Part shown: positions 34,137 to 44,363 of the stretch, one piece after another | Position numbering within the stretch: the stretch's first letter is position 1 | How the letters are laid out: each line of letters starts with the position of its first letter | Assembly: GCA_022841795.1 (NCBI GenBank) | Contig: JALHQU010000016.1 | Coordinates: 3,238-67,237 of the forward strand | From: Fimbriiglobus sp. | GTDB taxonomy: Bacteria; Planctomycetota; Planctomycetia; Gemmatales; Gemmataceae | Length of the DNA: 64,000 bases | Reading direction: 5' to 3' | Program-made: the position numbers and the translations under genes | Notes under the pieces: model-generated | Told to the model about the DNA's origin: nothing | What the model saw: only the letters and a program-made list of their open reading frames with translations | Database searches by the model: none

Positions 34137-36275
34137 TTATTTCGGCAGGGTCGGCTTGAACCCCAGGTTTTTCACCAGGAACCCCCACTGGTCGGCGGTC
34201 TCCTCGATCACCTTCGCGGTCGGCTTGCCGGCCCCGTGCCCGGCCTTCGTCTCGATCCGCGCCAGCACTGGCGCCGGCCCGGCCTGGCACTCCTGAATTT
34301 TCGCGGTGAACTTGAAGCTGTGCCCCGGCACCACCCGGTCGTCGGTGTCGGCGGTCGTCACCAGCGTGGGCGGGTAGTTGGTGCCGGTCTTCAGATTGTG
34401 GTACGGGCTGTACTTCACCAGCGCGTCGAACTCGTCCTTGTTGTCGCTACTGCCGTAGTCGTCCGTCCAGAATCGGCCGGCGGTGAACTTCTGGAACCGC
34501 AGCATGTCCATCACCCCGACCGCCGGCAGGGCCGCCCCGAACAACTCCGGCTTCTGGGTGATGACCGCCCCGACCAAGAGGCCGCCGTTGCTGCCCCCCT
34601 GAATCGCCAGTTTCTTCGGGGCCGTGTACTTCTCTTTCACCAGGTACTCGCCAGCGGCGATGAAGTCGTCGAACACGTTCTGCTTCTTCCCCTTGGTGCC
34701 CGCCCGGTGCCACTCGTCGCCGTACTCCCCGCCGCCCCGCAGGTTCGCCACCGCGAATACCCCACCCATCTCCATCCACTGCAACCGGGACACGCTGAAG
34801 CTGGGCGTCAGCGAGATGTCGAACCCGCCGTACCCGTACAAGAGCGTCGGGTTGGTGCCGTCCAGCTTCAGCCCCTTCTTGTGGCTGATGAACATGGGCA
34901 CGCGGGTGCCGTCCTTGCTGGTGTAGAACACCTGCTTCACCTCGTACTCGTCCGGGCTGAACTTCACCTTCGGCTGGCGGAACAGCTTGCTGGTGCCCGT
35001 AATCATGTCGTACCTGTAGATCTCGCCGGCCCGGTTGAAGCTGGTGAACGTGTAGAACGTCTCGGTGTCCGTCTTCTTCCCGCCGAACCCGCCGGCCGAC
35101 CCCAGGCCGGGGAACTGCACCTCCCGCACGAACGCCCCGTCCGGGGTGTACATCTTCACCGCCGTGGTGGCGTCCCGCAGGTAGCTGCACACGAACAGCC
35201 CGCCCACCAGCCCGGCCGACTCCAGCTTCTCCTTCGCCTCCGGCACCAGGTTCTTCCAATCCGCCTTGGCCGGCTTGCGGGTGTCGACGGCGATCACCTT
35301 GCCCTTCGGCGCGTCGGCTTCCGTGCGGAAGTAGAACACCGGCCCGTCGTTGCCGAGGAAGTCGTACTTGGCGTCGTGGTTGTCGATCAGGTCCACCGGC
35401 GCGGCGAGCGGCTCGAACAGGTCCTTGTACACGACCCGCACTTTGCGGCTGGTGGTGCCGTCGCCGACGCTGATGACCAGGTACCGCCCGTCCTCGGACA
35501 CCTCCGCCCCGACCGTCCACCGCGGGTGGTCCGGCCGCCGGTACACCAGCACGTCGTCCGCCTGCGGGGTGCCGACGCGGTGGTAGTACAGCGTCTGGTT
35601 CTCGTTCAGCGCCTGGAACTTGGCCTCGCCGGTCGGCTCCGGGAACCGGCTGTAGAAGAACCCCTTGCCGTCCGGCGTCCACGCCGCCCCGCTGAACTTC
35701 ACCCACTTCAGTTCGTCGCTCAGCGGCTTGCCGGTGGTCACGTCCAGCACGCCCCACGTCTGCCAGTCCGACCCGCTCTCGGACTTGCCGTAGGCGGCGT
35801 ACTTGCCGTCGTCGCTCACCGCGAACCCGGACAGGGCGACCGTGCCGTCCTTGCTCCACTCGTTCGGGTCGAGCAGCTTCCGCGGCTCGGCGTCGAGCGT
35901 CTCCTGCACGTACAGCACGTACTGGTTTTGCAGACCGCTGTTCCGGCTGTAGAAGTACCGCCCGCCGATCTTGCTCGGGGCGGTGAACTTCTCGAAGTCG
36001 TACAGGTCGGTGATCCGCTTCTTGATCGCCTCCCGCTCGGGGATGGTGGCCAGGTACGCCTCCGTCACCTTGTTCTGCTCGGCCACCCAGTCGGCCACCT
36101 CCTTGCTCTTCCGCACGTCGTCTTCCAGCCAGCGGTACGGGTCTTCCACCTTCTGCCCGTGGTAGGTGTCCACCACGTCCCCCTTCTTCGTCTTCGGGTA
36201 CTCCAACTTCTTGTCCTCGGCGAGCGCGGCGGTGCCGACCGCGACCGCGGCCACCGCCCAGCAGAAACGGGTCAT
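34137..36275 (-). CDS. prolyl oligopeptidase (S9A family)
   Basis: N-terminal beta-propeller region (YRWLED) and C-terminal catalytic GGSNGGLLVG serine motif. Signal peptide present. Confidence 0.85.
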   Translation of the reverse strand: MTRFCWAVAAVAVGTAALAEDKKLEYPKTKKGDVVDTYHGQKVEDPYRWLEDDVRKSKEVADWVAEQNKVTEAYLATIPEREAIKKRITDLYDFEKFTAPSKIGGRYFYSRNSGLQNQYVLYVQETLDAEPRKLLDPNEWSKDGTVALSGFAVSDDGKYAAYGKSESGSDWQTWGVLDVTTGKPLSDELKWVKFSGAAWTPDGKGFFYSRFPEPTGEAKFQALNENQTLYYHRVGTPQADDVLVYRRPDHPRWTVGAEVSEDGRYLVISVGDGTTSRKVRVVYKDLFEPLAAPVDLIDNHDAKYDFLGNDGPVFYFRTEADAPKGKVIAVDTRKPAKADWKNLVPEAKEKLESAGLVGGLFVCSYLRDATTAVKMYTPDGAFVREVQFPGLGSAGGFGGKKTDTETFYTFTSFNRAGEIYRYDMITGTSKLFRQPKVKFSPDEYEVKQVFYTSKDGTRVPMFISHKKGLKLDGTNPTLLYGYGGFDISLTPSFSVSRLQWMEMGGVFAVANLRGGGEYGDEWHRAGTKGKKQNVFDDFIAAGEYLVKEKYTAPKKLAIQGGSNGGLLVGAVITQKPELFGAALPAVGVMDMLRFQKFTAGRFWTDDYGSSDNKDEFDALVKYSPYHNLKTGTNYPPTLVTTADTDDRVVPGHSFKFTAKIQECQAGPAPVLARIETKAGHGAGKPTAKVIEETADQWGFLVKNLGFKPTLPK

Positions 36276-36372
36276 GACGACCTCCGGCGGGAAAAAGAAC
36301 CGGCAGCGTGCCGGACAGGTGTTCTACGGGCGGCGGGGTTATAATGACCGGCGAACACCCACGGGAAAAGTC

Positions 36373-36588
36373 ATGACCGCCACCATCCAGGAAGCGAGTA
36401 CCGACCTGTGCGGGCTGCTCCGCCGCCTCCAACCGGGTGAGGAGGTGACGCTGACCGACAACGGCGCGGAGGTGGCGACCCTGCGGGCAGCGTTGCCCGC
36501 CCCCGTCGGCAAGCGGGTGCCGGGGTTGTGGATCGGAAAGGCGACCGTCGTTTCGGACGACGACGACCACCTGGACGGACGAGCATAG
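36373..36588 (+). CDS. type II antitoxin-like protein (Phd/YefM-like N-terminus, DUF2281-like C-terminus)
   Basis: IQEASTDLCGLLRRLQPGEEVTLTDNGAEVATL and C-terminal GLWIGKATVVSDDDDHLD. Confidence 0.5.
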   Translation: MTATIQEASTDLCGLLRRLQPGEEVTLTDNGAEVATLRAALPAPVGKRVPGLWIGKATVVSDDDDHLDGRA

Positions 36589-36624
36589 CTCGGCGAACTC
36601 ACCTCCACATCGGGGCACCGACCC

Positions 36625-37626
36625 ATGAGCCACACCGACTACGAGCGGCCGGAGTTCCCCGAGGGCGACCTGCCGGCCGAGTTCGCCGCCCTGTTCCCGC
36701 ACGGGTGGGCCGGGCCGGACGTGCTGGCCGAACTCGCCCCGCACGGGTGGGCCGCGTCCCCGCTGGTGGCGGCGTTCCACCCGTCCGCCGCCCAGGTCCA
36801 CGCGGAGCGGGTGCGGATGCACCGCGGGCTGGCGAACTTCCCCGGCCGCAAGCCGGATGCCCCGCCGCCACCGCCGGAACCCACCCTGGCCGAGGTGGAG
36901 GCCGAGTTCGCCGACGGGCCGGGCGAGGTGGAGCCGGAGCGGGAGTGCCGCGAGCTGGTCGGCCTGTGCCTGTGGGACGTGTTCTCCGACAACCACGAGG
37001 TGATCGCCGACGACGGCCGCTGGCTGCACCTGGGGTCGGCGCGGGGGAGCGGCGGGTTCCTGGCCGACCTCCTGAACGCCCAGGGCGGCCCGCCCCCGCC
37101 GCCCAAGCCGCAACTGCCGCCCGAGTTAGAAGCCCAGCTCTTCCCGCAGTCGGACGACCCGCGGGTGCGGGCGATGATCGACGAGATGCGGAAGGAGATG
37201 ATCGGCGACGGCGGGTACACCTACCTGGACTTCTACATGGGCACGCACGCGGTGGCCGACCGGGCCGACCTGACGCCGGTGTACGAGCTGATCTTCCGCC
37301 GGCTGAAGGCCCGCGGGCACGACTGGGTGTACCACTTCCCGCGGCTCGGGCTGGTGGACTTCCGCCCGCTCAAGAAGCAGATGGACGAGCAGGCGCGGCA
37401 GGAGCGGGGCGAGTCCGAGTTCGAGAACTACGACCCGGAGAAGGCGATGGCCGAGGAGGAGGAGGACCGGAAGCGGGACGAGGAGATCGCGCGGATGCAG
37501 GAGTCGCTCGACGAGGGCTACCGGGAGAGCGTGGCGGCGGCGCTGGACCAGCCGCCGCCGACGACCGTGCGGGCGTACACCGCGGTGTACGGGCATTTCC
37601 CCGACGGCTGGCCGCCGGAGGGGTGA
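36625..37626 (+). CDS. hypothetical protein (333 aa, acidic C-terminus)
   Basis: Well-formed ORF with normal composition. No recognisable domain. Sits 36 bp downstream of the antitoxin-like gene. Confidence 0.5.
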   Translation: MSHTDYERPEFPEGDLPAEFAALFPHGWAGPDVLAELAPHGWAASPLVAAFHPSAAQVHAERVRMHRGLANFPGRKPDAPPPPPEPTLAEVEAEFADGPGEVEPERECRELVGLCLWDVFSDNHEVIADDGRWLHLGSARGSGGFLADLLNAQGGPPPPPKPQLPPELEAQLFPQSDDPRVRAMIDEMRKEMIGDGGYTYLDFYMGTHAVADRADLTPVYELIFRRLKARGHDWVYHFPRLGLVDFRPLKKQMDEQARQERGESEFENYDPEKAMAEEEEDRKRDEEIARMQESLDEGYRESVAAALDQPPPTTVRAYTAVYGHFPDGWPPEG

Positions 37627-37634
37627 TCGATTTG

Positions 37635-37699
37635 GTGAACCGCGGGCGTCAGCCCGTCGGGTGTGTTCCCACCCAGGCGGCTCACGCCGCCGGTTCACC
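37635..37699. repeat. GGTGAACCG...CGGTTCACC palindromic repeat, family copy 2
   Basis: GGTGAACCGCGGGCGTCAGCCCGTCGGGTGTGTTCCCACCCAGGCGGCTCACGCCGCCGGTTCACC. Confidence 0.8.
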
Positions 37700-39299
37700 G
37701 GCTTCGGGGCGGCACGGCCCACAGCAAGATCGGCCCGTCCTCGCTCTCGGCCGCCAGCAGCCGCCCTTCCGGGCTGAACGCCAGCGCCCGCACCGGCCGC
37801 GTCTGCTCGCGGAACGTGTGGACCACCTCGCCCGTCTTCGCGTCCTGAACGTGGATGCCCTCGGGCGACCAGAACGCCCGCAACTGGCCGCCCGGCCAGT
37901 ACGCCGTCGAACGATTCGCCGGCCGGGTATCGGCGACCTCAGCCGGTTCGTCGTCCCAGTGCTTTCGCTTCCAACAATCTTTTTCGCGGGGCAGCCAGTA
38001 CACCAGCCCGTCCCACGCCGACCGCCGGCGGGCGACGCCGGTGGCCGCGTTCCACACCGTCACCTCGCCCACCCCTTCGCCCATCCTCGTCGCCCGCACC
38101 AGATACTCGCCGGACGAGGAAAACCGCAGCTCGGGCCAGTTCACTGGCCCGGCCGCGAAGCCGGGACTCGGCGGGTCGATTGGCTTGCCGGTGGCGGTGT
38201 CGCACAGAACGGCGTTCCGCCCGCGGGTGACGAGTGCCGTCTTCCCGTCCGGGCTGAAGGTGGACCCGAGCGGGATGACCGGCGGGGCGGCGAGCGGCTT
38301 CCACGTCGTCAGGTCGATCGCCGCCGGCTCCCCGAACCGCGTTCGCGCCACGAGCGTCTTCCCGTCCGGGTGGAACAGGAGTGGGCGGCCGTCCCCGTCC
38401 CACCGCGGCTCGCCGACGTAGCAATACGACTTGTAAATGCGTTGCGGCCACACCGCGGCGCCGACCTCCCGGCCCGTCCGCGGGGCCCGCCCGCGGACGA
38501 TGAACTCGCCCTCGGTCGGCTGCTTCCCCGGCTTCGCCGGCAACACCCGGCCGGTGGTCTCGGCCAGCACCGCGTCGTTCGGGGACATCAGCAGGTACGC
38601 CGCGCTGCCCTCCACCGACCACACGATGTCGCCCGTTTTGGCGTCCATCGCCCACAACTCCCGCTGCTTCCCGTCCGGCGTGGAAACGGGGAAGAACACC
38701 CGGTCGCCCGCGCCGTTCCACACCAGTTGGCTCACACGCGTCAGGCCGATGAACCGCTCGACCGTGTTCTTCCCGCCGGCGGTCGTCACCCGCAGGGTGT
38801 ACGAATCCTGTGAGTCCCGGCTCACCCACGCCACCGCTCCGGATGAGTGCAGCGCGTGGACGGCCACCGTCCGCGGGCGGAGGACGGCGCGAAAAACTTC
38901 GTGGCCGTCGGCGGCGGAAAGGCCGAACCGAACGACCTCCGACTTGTCCCACGGGCCGGTTCCGGCCGTCACCCACACCGTGTTGCCGTTCGGATCGACG
39001 GCCAGTTGGAACAGGTTCGTGTCCGTCAGCGCCCGCCACTTCGCCCGGCCGGTGGCCGCGTCCCAGGCGGTCAGGCCGGGGCCGACCCACCTCTTGCGGT
39101 CGGCCGCCAGGTCGGGGTGGGTGAGGGTGTACACCGTCCGGCCGTCCGGGCTGAAGGCGGCGGCCTTCAGGCTGTTCACCAGGAACCGCTGCGAGCCGAG
39201 CCGCCGCACCGCTTCGGCGGGCAGCGGAAGGCCGTCGGCGTCGAAGCGTGGCGGCGGCTCGTCAACAAGGGCCAGGGCGAGTAGGCAGGCGGGAAGCAT
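37695..39299 (-). CDS. secreted WD40-like/beta-propeller repeat protein
   Basis: Hydrophobic N-terminus. Repeated FSPDG/WD-like blades (AFSPDGRTVYT, FSPDGKTALV, AFSPEGRLLAA). Confidence 0.6.
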   Translation of the reverse strand: MLPACLLALALVDEPPPRFDADGLPLPAEAVRRLGSQRFLVNSLKAAAFSPDGRTVYTLTHPDLAADRKRWVGPGLTAWDAATGRAKWRALTDTNLFQLAVDPNGNTVWVTAGTGPWDKSEVVRFGLSAADGHEVFRAVLRPRTVAVHALHSSGAVAWVSRDSQDSYTLRVTTAGGKNTVERFIGLTRVSQLVWNGAGDRVFFPVSTPDGKQRELWAMDAKTGDIVWSVEGSAAYLLMSPNDAVLAETTGRVLPAKPGKQPTEGEFIVRGRAPRTGREVGAAVWPQRIYKSYCYVGEPRWDGDGRPLLFHPDGKTLVARTRFGEPAAIDLTTWKPLAAPPVIPLGSTFSPDGKTALVTRGRNAVLCDTATGKPIDPPSPGFAAGPVNWPELRFSSSGEYLVRATRMGEGVGEVTVWNAATGVARRRSAWDGLVYWLPREKDCWKRKHWDDEPAEVADTRPANRSTAYWPGGQLRAFWSPEGIHVQDAKTGEVVHTFREQTRPVRALAFSPEGRLLAAESEDGPILLWAVPPRSR

Positions 39300-39392
39300 G
39301 ACGAGTTCCCTCCGTTGCCCGGTTCAACGGCGGAAGGGGGCGAGTGTTGGTGGCCGGTCTTCGTTGGTGTCCCGGTTTTAGCCGGTCTTCGG

Positions 39393-39488
39393 TGGTGAAC
39401 CGCGAGCGTCAGCCGCAGATCGGGTGAACCGCGGGCGTCAGCCCGTCGGGTTCTGAACACACCCAGGCGGCTCACGCCGCCGGTTCAC
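39393..39488. repeat. GGTGAACCG...CGGTTCACC palindromic repeat, family copy 3 with tandem partial duplication of the left arm
   Basis: GGTGAACCGCGAGCGTCAGCC...GGTGAACCGCGGGCGTCAGCCCGTCGGG...CCCAGGCGGCTCACGCCGCCGGTTCACC, in a divergent promoter region. Confidence 0.8.
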
Positions 39489-39711
39489 CCAAGACCGCCT
39501 GAAGGCGGGACACCAGCGAAGACACCGACGACCCCGCTCGCAGGCTCGCGGCGATGACGCCGATTCGCCGCAAGTCGTTGGCGGGTGAGGGATGTTCCAA
39601 AAATGCGCAACGTTTCCCGGTGGGGTGTGTACAAACCCGCCGAATGAAACGGCGGCGGCGGCCCCGCCTTTTCCCGCTTGTGGTTCCGCCGGCCGGACCG
39701 ACAATGTCCGC

Positions 39712-42700
39712 ATGGTCCGCCGTCTCATCCTGATCGTGCTGCTCCTGGTCGCGGCGCCCGCCGTCGCCCAGCCGGTGAACGCCACCCGCCTCCGCGGGGA
39801 GGCCGAGGCGGTGCGGACCCGCAAGCGGCTGACCGAGGCCCGGCAGAAGCTGACCGACAACAAGCCGGCCGAGGCGGCCGACGACCTGCAGAAGATCCTG
39901 GACGAGTCCGGCGACGACCTGGTGGCGGTGAAGGACGGGCAGTTCGTGCCCGCCCGCCGGCTGGTGCAGCAGTACCTGGCGGCGCTGCCGGCGAACGCGC
40001 TCGCCACCTTCCGCCGCCGCATCGACGAGCCGGCCAGGAAGCTGCTCGACGCCGGCCGGTCGGCCCGCGACCCCCGCCCGCTGACCGAACTCTTGGAGCG
40101 GTACTTCGTCAGCCGCCCGGCCGAGGACGCGCTCTTGCTGCTCGGCGAGCTGGCGTTCGAGCGGGGCGACTTCCCGGCGGCGGAGAAGCACTGGCGGAAG
40201 CTGCTGGCGGACGACTCGGAAGAGATGAAGTACCCGGAGCCGAAGACCGACCCGGCCGGGGTGAAGGCGCGGCTGGTGCTGTGCCGGCTGTTCGCCGGGG
40301 ACGCGGCCGGGGCGGAGGCGGACTTGGCGAAGTTCCGCACCGCCCACCCGAAGGCGTCCGGGATGCTGGCCGGGGTGAACGCACCCTACGCCGACACCCT
40401 GGCGAAGCTGATCGCCAGTAAACCGAAGGTGCCGTCCGACGCCGCCGGGTGGACGACGTTCGCCGGCAACCCGGCCCGCGACGGCAAGCCGGACGCCCCG
40501 CTGCCGCGGTACTGGTCCGGCGTCCGCCCGTGGAAGGAACCCATCCCGCGGGAGAAGAAGGACCAGGACCGGCCGAACCCGGCGTCGTTCGCGGCGGCGA
40601 AGACGCTGGCGCTCCACCCGGTGGTGCTGGGCGGGTTCGCGTACCTGGCCGACGCCGGGCGGGTGTACAGGTTCGACTTGCGGACCGGGGCGGTGCGGCT
40701 GGCATACCACTTCGAGACGTTGAACGACCCGCCGGACATCCCGCCGAAAGACCTCGCCCTGCCGTGCCAGCTCGACGCCGACTTCACCCTGACGGTCGGC
40801 GGCGGGCGGCTGTTCGCCCGGCTCGGCCCCGCCGCCCTGCCCGGCGGCAGCGACCAGGGGAAGAAGCCGCGGACGTACCTGGTGTGCCTGGAGCCGAAAG
40901 ACCCGCTCAATCTGGAGGCGGACGCGCTCACCCTGAGCGCCCGCTGGCAGGCGGCCCCGCCGGCCGCGGCCGACCTGTTCGCCGCCTGGGAGGGCGCCCC
41001 GCTGTGGGCGGACGGGCGGGTGTACGCGGCGTTCGTGCGGGTGGAGAACAGCCGGTTCGTCCATGCCGTCGCGTGCTACCCGGACTCGGCCGCGAGCAAA
41101 CCGCTGTGGGTGACGGACGTGTGCGACGCCGACGCCAACCGCGGCACCGGCACGAAGAACCGGCACGAGGTGCTGACGCGGGCCGGCGGGAACGTGGTGT
41201 TCGGCTCGCACACCGGGGTGACGGTGGCCCTGAACGCGGTCAGCGGCAAGCCAGCGTGGGCGTTCCGCAACCCGCTGGCCGTCCGCCCGCCGGCGACTTC
41301 GCCCCGCGACCTGTGCCCGCCGCTGGCCGCCGCCGGCAAGGTGTTCGTCGCCCCGGCTGACGGCGATGCGGTGTACGCCCTGGACGCGGACACCGGCCGA
41401 CCCCTGTGGACCAGCGCCCCCGAGCTGCAGGTGGACCAGTTGCTCGGGGTGAGCCGCGGCCGGCTGATCGTGACGTTGAACGCGCCGAACAAGGGGGTGC
41501 GGGCGTTCGACGTGAACACCGGCGAGGACCAGCAGCCGGGCGGCTGGCGGCACGTCGGGGCGGCGCTGCCGACGCACGGCCGCGGGATCGCCGGCGACGA
41601 CCTGATCCTGTGGCCGACGCAGTCCGCCACCTCGAAATCCCTGTGGCTGCTCGACCCGGACGACGGCCGGCCGGCGTTCGTCCCGCAGCCCCGCATCCCC
41701 GGCGTGGCCGGCAACCTGGCGTTCGCCGACGGGGTGCTGTTGGTCGCCACCGAGAGCGAGCTGTGGGGGTACGTGTTCGACCGCAAGCCGCCGGCGAAGC
41801 CGGCCGAGGGCACGACGCCGACGGTGATCCTGGGCACCGTCCCGCGGCCGGCGTTCGACCCCGCCCCGGTCGTCCGCCCGGCGAAGGCCGGGTTCGACCC
41901 GGTGGCCGCGCCGAGCCTGGGTGAAGGGGCGAAGGTGGCCCGCACCGCCGCCCTGCCGCCGGGGGCGTACCCGCTCCGCCCGCTCGCGGCTTCGAGTGAC
42001 AGCCGGGTGGCACTGACCGACGGGAAGTCGCTGTTCGTCATCGACCCAACGAACGGAAAGACGGTGCTGCGGGCGCGGATCGACACCCCGGCCGCACTCA
42101 CGTCCGCGGCGATCGCGGTTGACGGTGGGGTCGTCGCCGTCGGCCCACACGCGGTGGTGGTGGTGAGCGCCGACGGGCGGAAGCGGTGGGATCATCACTC
42201 GCCGGACCTCGAACTGTCGGCGTTCACGTTCGCCGGGTCGCGGCTGGTGATGCGGGCCGGCGAACGCGGGCTGATCGCCCTCGACCTGACGACCGGGAAG
42301 GTGGCGTGGGCGCTCGACACGCTGAAGCGGCCGGAGGTGCGGCCGCACGAGTTCGACGCCGCCCCGCGGTTCGGCCCGTTCCTCGGCGCCGACGGCCCGG
42401 CGGTGATCGTGCAACGGGAACACGAGTGGTGGCGGGTGTCGGCGGACACCGGACAGGTGGACCACAGCGGCGAAACCACCGGGGCGGATTGGGTGACCCC
42501 GCCGGCGGCGTACAAGGGCGGCGTGCTGATCCCGACGGCGGCCGGCGGGGTGACGACGTGGGCGAGCGGGCGGGAGGAAAAGTTGCTCGACCCCGGCCGG
42601 CCGGCCAGTTGGACCGGCACCCCGCCGGCGGTGCGGGTGTTCGGCGACGACGTGCTGGTAGCGGTGTCGCGGAATACCGGAGTGGAGGTGCAGCGGGCCG

Positions 42701-43194
42701 GGGGCCGGCCGTGGTCGCAACCGAGATTGCTCCCCGCCGGCGCGGTTGATCTGGCGAACGCCGACGCCGACCCGGACCGCTACTACCTGCCGACCGCCGA
42801 CCGGGTGTTCGCGGTGAACCGCGAGTCCGGCCGGCAGGAGTGGTCCGCCCCGCTGCCCGAGTTGCCGGACGGGTCGAGCTGGACGGTGCGGGCCGGCCGC
42901 CGGGCGGTCATCGCCCACCCGACCGCCGCCCTGCCGAACGAACCGCTCGCCCCGCGCCCGCTCCGCCGGTTCGCCGAGTTCCCGTCCGCCGTGCGGCTGC
43001 TCGGGGTGGCGGCGTCTCTGGGCGACGGCTGGGCGAACCGTACCCTGCCCGTACTGCTGCTCGACCCGGAGTCCGGCCGACAGGCGGGGCGGCTCGATGT
43101 GCCGGCGGTCGGGCCGATGGCAGCCGTGCATCTGCACGCGGAGACGGCGGCGGTGGTGACGGCCGGCCGGATCGCGTGGCTGACGAACAAGTAG
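39712..43194 (+). CDS. large secreted TPR + PQQ-like (BamB-like) beta-propeller repeat protein
   Basis: Signal peptide MVRRLILIVLLLVAAPAVA. N-terminal TPR-like helices, then many PQQ/BamB-like beta-propeller repeats (GRVYRFDLRTGAV, DGDAVYALDADTGRPLW). Start trimmed from 39592. Confidence 0.7.
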   Translation: MVRRLILIVLLLVAAPAVAQPVNATRLRGEAEAVRTRKRLTEARQKLTDNKPAEAADDLQKILDESGDDLVAVKDGQFVPARRLVQQYLAALPANALATFRRRIDEPARKLLDAGRSARDPRPLTELLERYFVSRPAEDALLLLGELAFERGDFPAAEKHWRKLLADDSEEMKYPEPKTDPAGVKARLVLCRLFAGDAAGAEADLAKFRTAHPKASGMLAGVNAPYADTLAKLIASKPKVPSDAAGWTTFAGNPARDGKPDAPLPRYWSGVRPWKEPIPREKKDQDRPNPASFAAAKTLALHPVVLGGFAYLADAGRVYRFDLRTGAVRLAYHFETLNDPPDIPPKDLALPCQLDADFTLTVGGGRLFARLGPAALPGGSDQGKKPRTYLVCLEPKDPLNLEADALTLSARWQAAPPAAADLFAAWEGAPLWADGRVYAAFVRVENSRFVHAVACYPDSAASKPLWVTDVCDADANRGTGTKNRHEVLTRAGGNVVFGSHTGVTVALNAVSGKPAWAFRNPLAVRPPATSPRDLCPPLAAAGKVFVAPADGDAVYALDADTGRPLWTSAPELQVDQLLGVSRGRLIVTLNAPNKGVRAFDVNTGEDQQPGGWRHVGAALPTHGRGIAGDDLILWPTQSATSKSLWLLDPDDGRPAFVPQPRIPGVAGNLAFADGVLLVATESELWGYVFDRKPPAKPAEGTTPTVILGTVPRPAFDPAPVVRPAKAGFDPVAAPSLGEGAKVARTAALPPGAYPLRPLAASSDSRVALTDGKSLFVIDPTNGKTVLRARIDTPAALTSAAIAVDGGVVAVGPHAVVVVSADGRKRWDHHSPDLELSAFTFAGSRLVMRAGERGLIALDLTTGKVAWALDTLKRPEVRPHEFDAAPRFGPFLGADGPAVIVQREHEWWRVSADTGQVDHSGETTGADWVTPPAAYKGGVLIPTAAGGVTTWASGREEKLLDPGRPASWTGTPPAVRVFGDDVLVAVSRNTGVEVQRAGGRPWSQPRLLPAGAVDLANADADPDRYYLPTADRVFAVNRESGRQEWSAPLPELPDGSSWTVRAGRRAVIAHPTAALPNEPLAPRPLRRFAEFPSAVRLLGVAASLGDGWANRTLPVLLLDPESGRQAGRLDVPAVGPMAAVHLHAETAAVVTAGRIAWLTNK

Positions 43195-43216
43195 GGGCCG
43201 CCCTCTGTGGCGGCCC
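43195..43216. repeat. REP unit GGGCCGCCCTCTGTGGCGGCCC (third copy)
   Basis: Identical to the units at 12241 and 12288. Overlaps the stop codon of the upstream gene and the GTG start region of moxR. Confidence 0.75.
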
Positions 43217-44280
43217 GCGGAGAACCTCCCGTGTCCGACGCACTCAAGCCGATCATCCTGGACGACGACGAGGTGCAGACCGCCGAGCGGCTACGGTTCT
43301 CGTGCCAGAAACTGCTGGCCGAGTGCGGGAAGGTGATCGTCGGCCAGACGGAGGTACTGGAGCAGCTGCTGCTGGCGGTGCTGGCCCGCGGGCACTGCCT
43401 GCTGGTGGGCGTGCCGGGGCTGGCGAAGACGCTCATGATCCGCACCCTGGCGGACGGCATGAACCTGACGTTCAACCGGGTGCAATTTACACCGGACCTG
43501 ATGCCGACGGACATCACCGGCACGGAAATCCTGTACGACGACAAGGGCAGCGGGCAGCGCGGGTTCCGGTTCGTGAACGGGCCGATCTTCGCCAACATCG
43601 TGCTGGCCGACGAGATCAACCGCACCCCGCCGAAGACCCAGGCGGCGCTGCTCGAAGCCATGCAGGAGCGACAAGTGACGGTCGCCGGCTCCCGGCACAA
43701 GCTGCCCGACCCGTTCTTCGTGCTGGCGACGCAGAACCCGATCGAGCAGGAGGGCACGTACCCGCTGCCGGAAGCCCAGCAGGACCGCTTCATGTTCAAC
43801 ATCCGGGTGGACTACCCGGACGAGGAGGACGAGTACCGCATCATCGAGTCCACCACCTCGGCCAGCCGCCCGCACCTGGACCGGGTGATCGCCACCGCCG
43901 ACATCCTGCAGATGCAGGACCTGGTGCTGAAGGTGCCGGCGGCGCAGTACGTCATCCGGTACGCCGGCAAGCTGGCCCGCGCCACCCGCCCGAAGGCGAA
44001 CCCCGGCGAGGACAGCACCGCCCCGGACTTCGTGAAGAAGTACGTCAGCTTCGGCGCCGGCCCGCGGGCCGGGCAGAGCCTGATCCTGGCGTCCAAGGCG
44101 CGGGCCATCCTGCACGGCCGCACCTACGTGGCGATCGACGACGTGAAGGCGGTGGCGCAGCCGGTGCTGCGGCACCGCATCATGACCAACTACCACGCCG
44201 AGGCCGAGGGCATCAGCAGCGACGACATCGTCACCCGCCTGCTGCCGCTGATCCCGCGGGACGGGGAAAAAGGCAACTAA
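43207..44280 (+). CDS. moxR: MoxR-family AAA+ ATPase
   Basis: VIVGQTEVLEQLLLAVLARGHCLLVGVPGLAKT Walker A, LADEINR Walker B. An alternative GTG start at 43231 is possible. Confidence 0.85.
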   Translation: MAARGEPPVSDALKPIILDDDEVQTAERLRFSCQKLLAECGKVIVGQTEVLEQLLLAVLARGHCLLVGVPGLAKTLMIRTLADGMNLTFNRVQFTPDLMPTDITGTEILYDDKGSGQRGFRFVNGPIFANIVLADEINRTPPKTQAALLEAMQERQVTVAGSRHKLPDPFFVLATQNPIEQEGTYPLPEAQQDRFMFNIRVDYPDEEDEYRIIESTTSASRPHLDRVIATADILQMQDLVLKVPAAQYVIRYAGKLARATRPKANPGEDSTAPDFVKKYVSFGAGPRAGQSLILASKARAILHGRTYVAIDDVKAVAQPVLRHRIMTNYHAEAEGISSDDIVTRLLPLIPRDGEKGN

Positions 44281-44356
44281 CCACAGAGGCACAGAGACAC
44301 CGAGAAGTCAGAGAACCGTTCTGTCGTCTTCTCTGAGTCTCTGTGCCTCTGTGGTT
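44279..44356. repeat. AACCACAGAGGCACAG... hairpin repeat, copy 2
   Basis: AACCACAGAGGCACAGAGACACCGAGAAG ... TCTTCTCTGAGTCTCTGTGCCTCTGTGGTT, between moxR and the DUF58 gene. Confidence 0.8.
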
Positions 44357-44363
44357 CCACCGC

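Noticed and set aside
34447-37113. 888-aa minus-strand ORF and 34236..36344(+) ORF
   Set aside because: They overlap the prolyl oligopeptidase gene, which has a clear GGSNGG active site. Their translations are low-complexity.
39472-43137. 1221-aa minus-strand ORF antisense to the BamB-like gene
   Set aside because: Arg/Gly-rich artefact. The plus strand has a signal peptide and coherent PQQ-like repeats.
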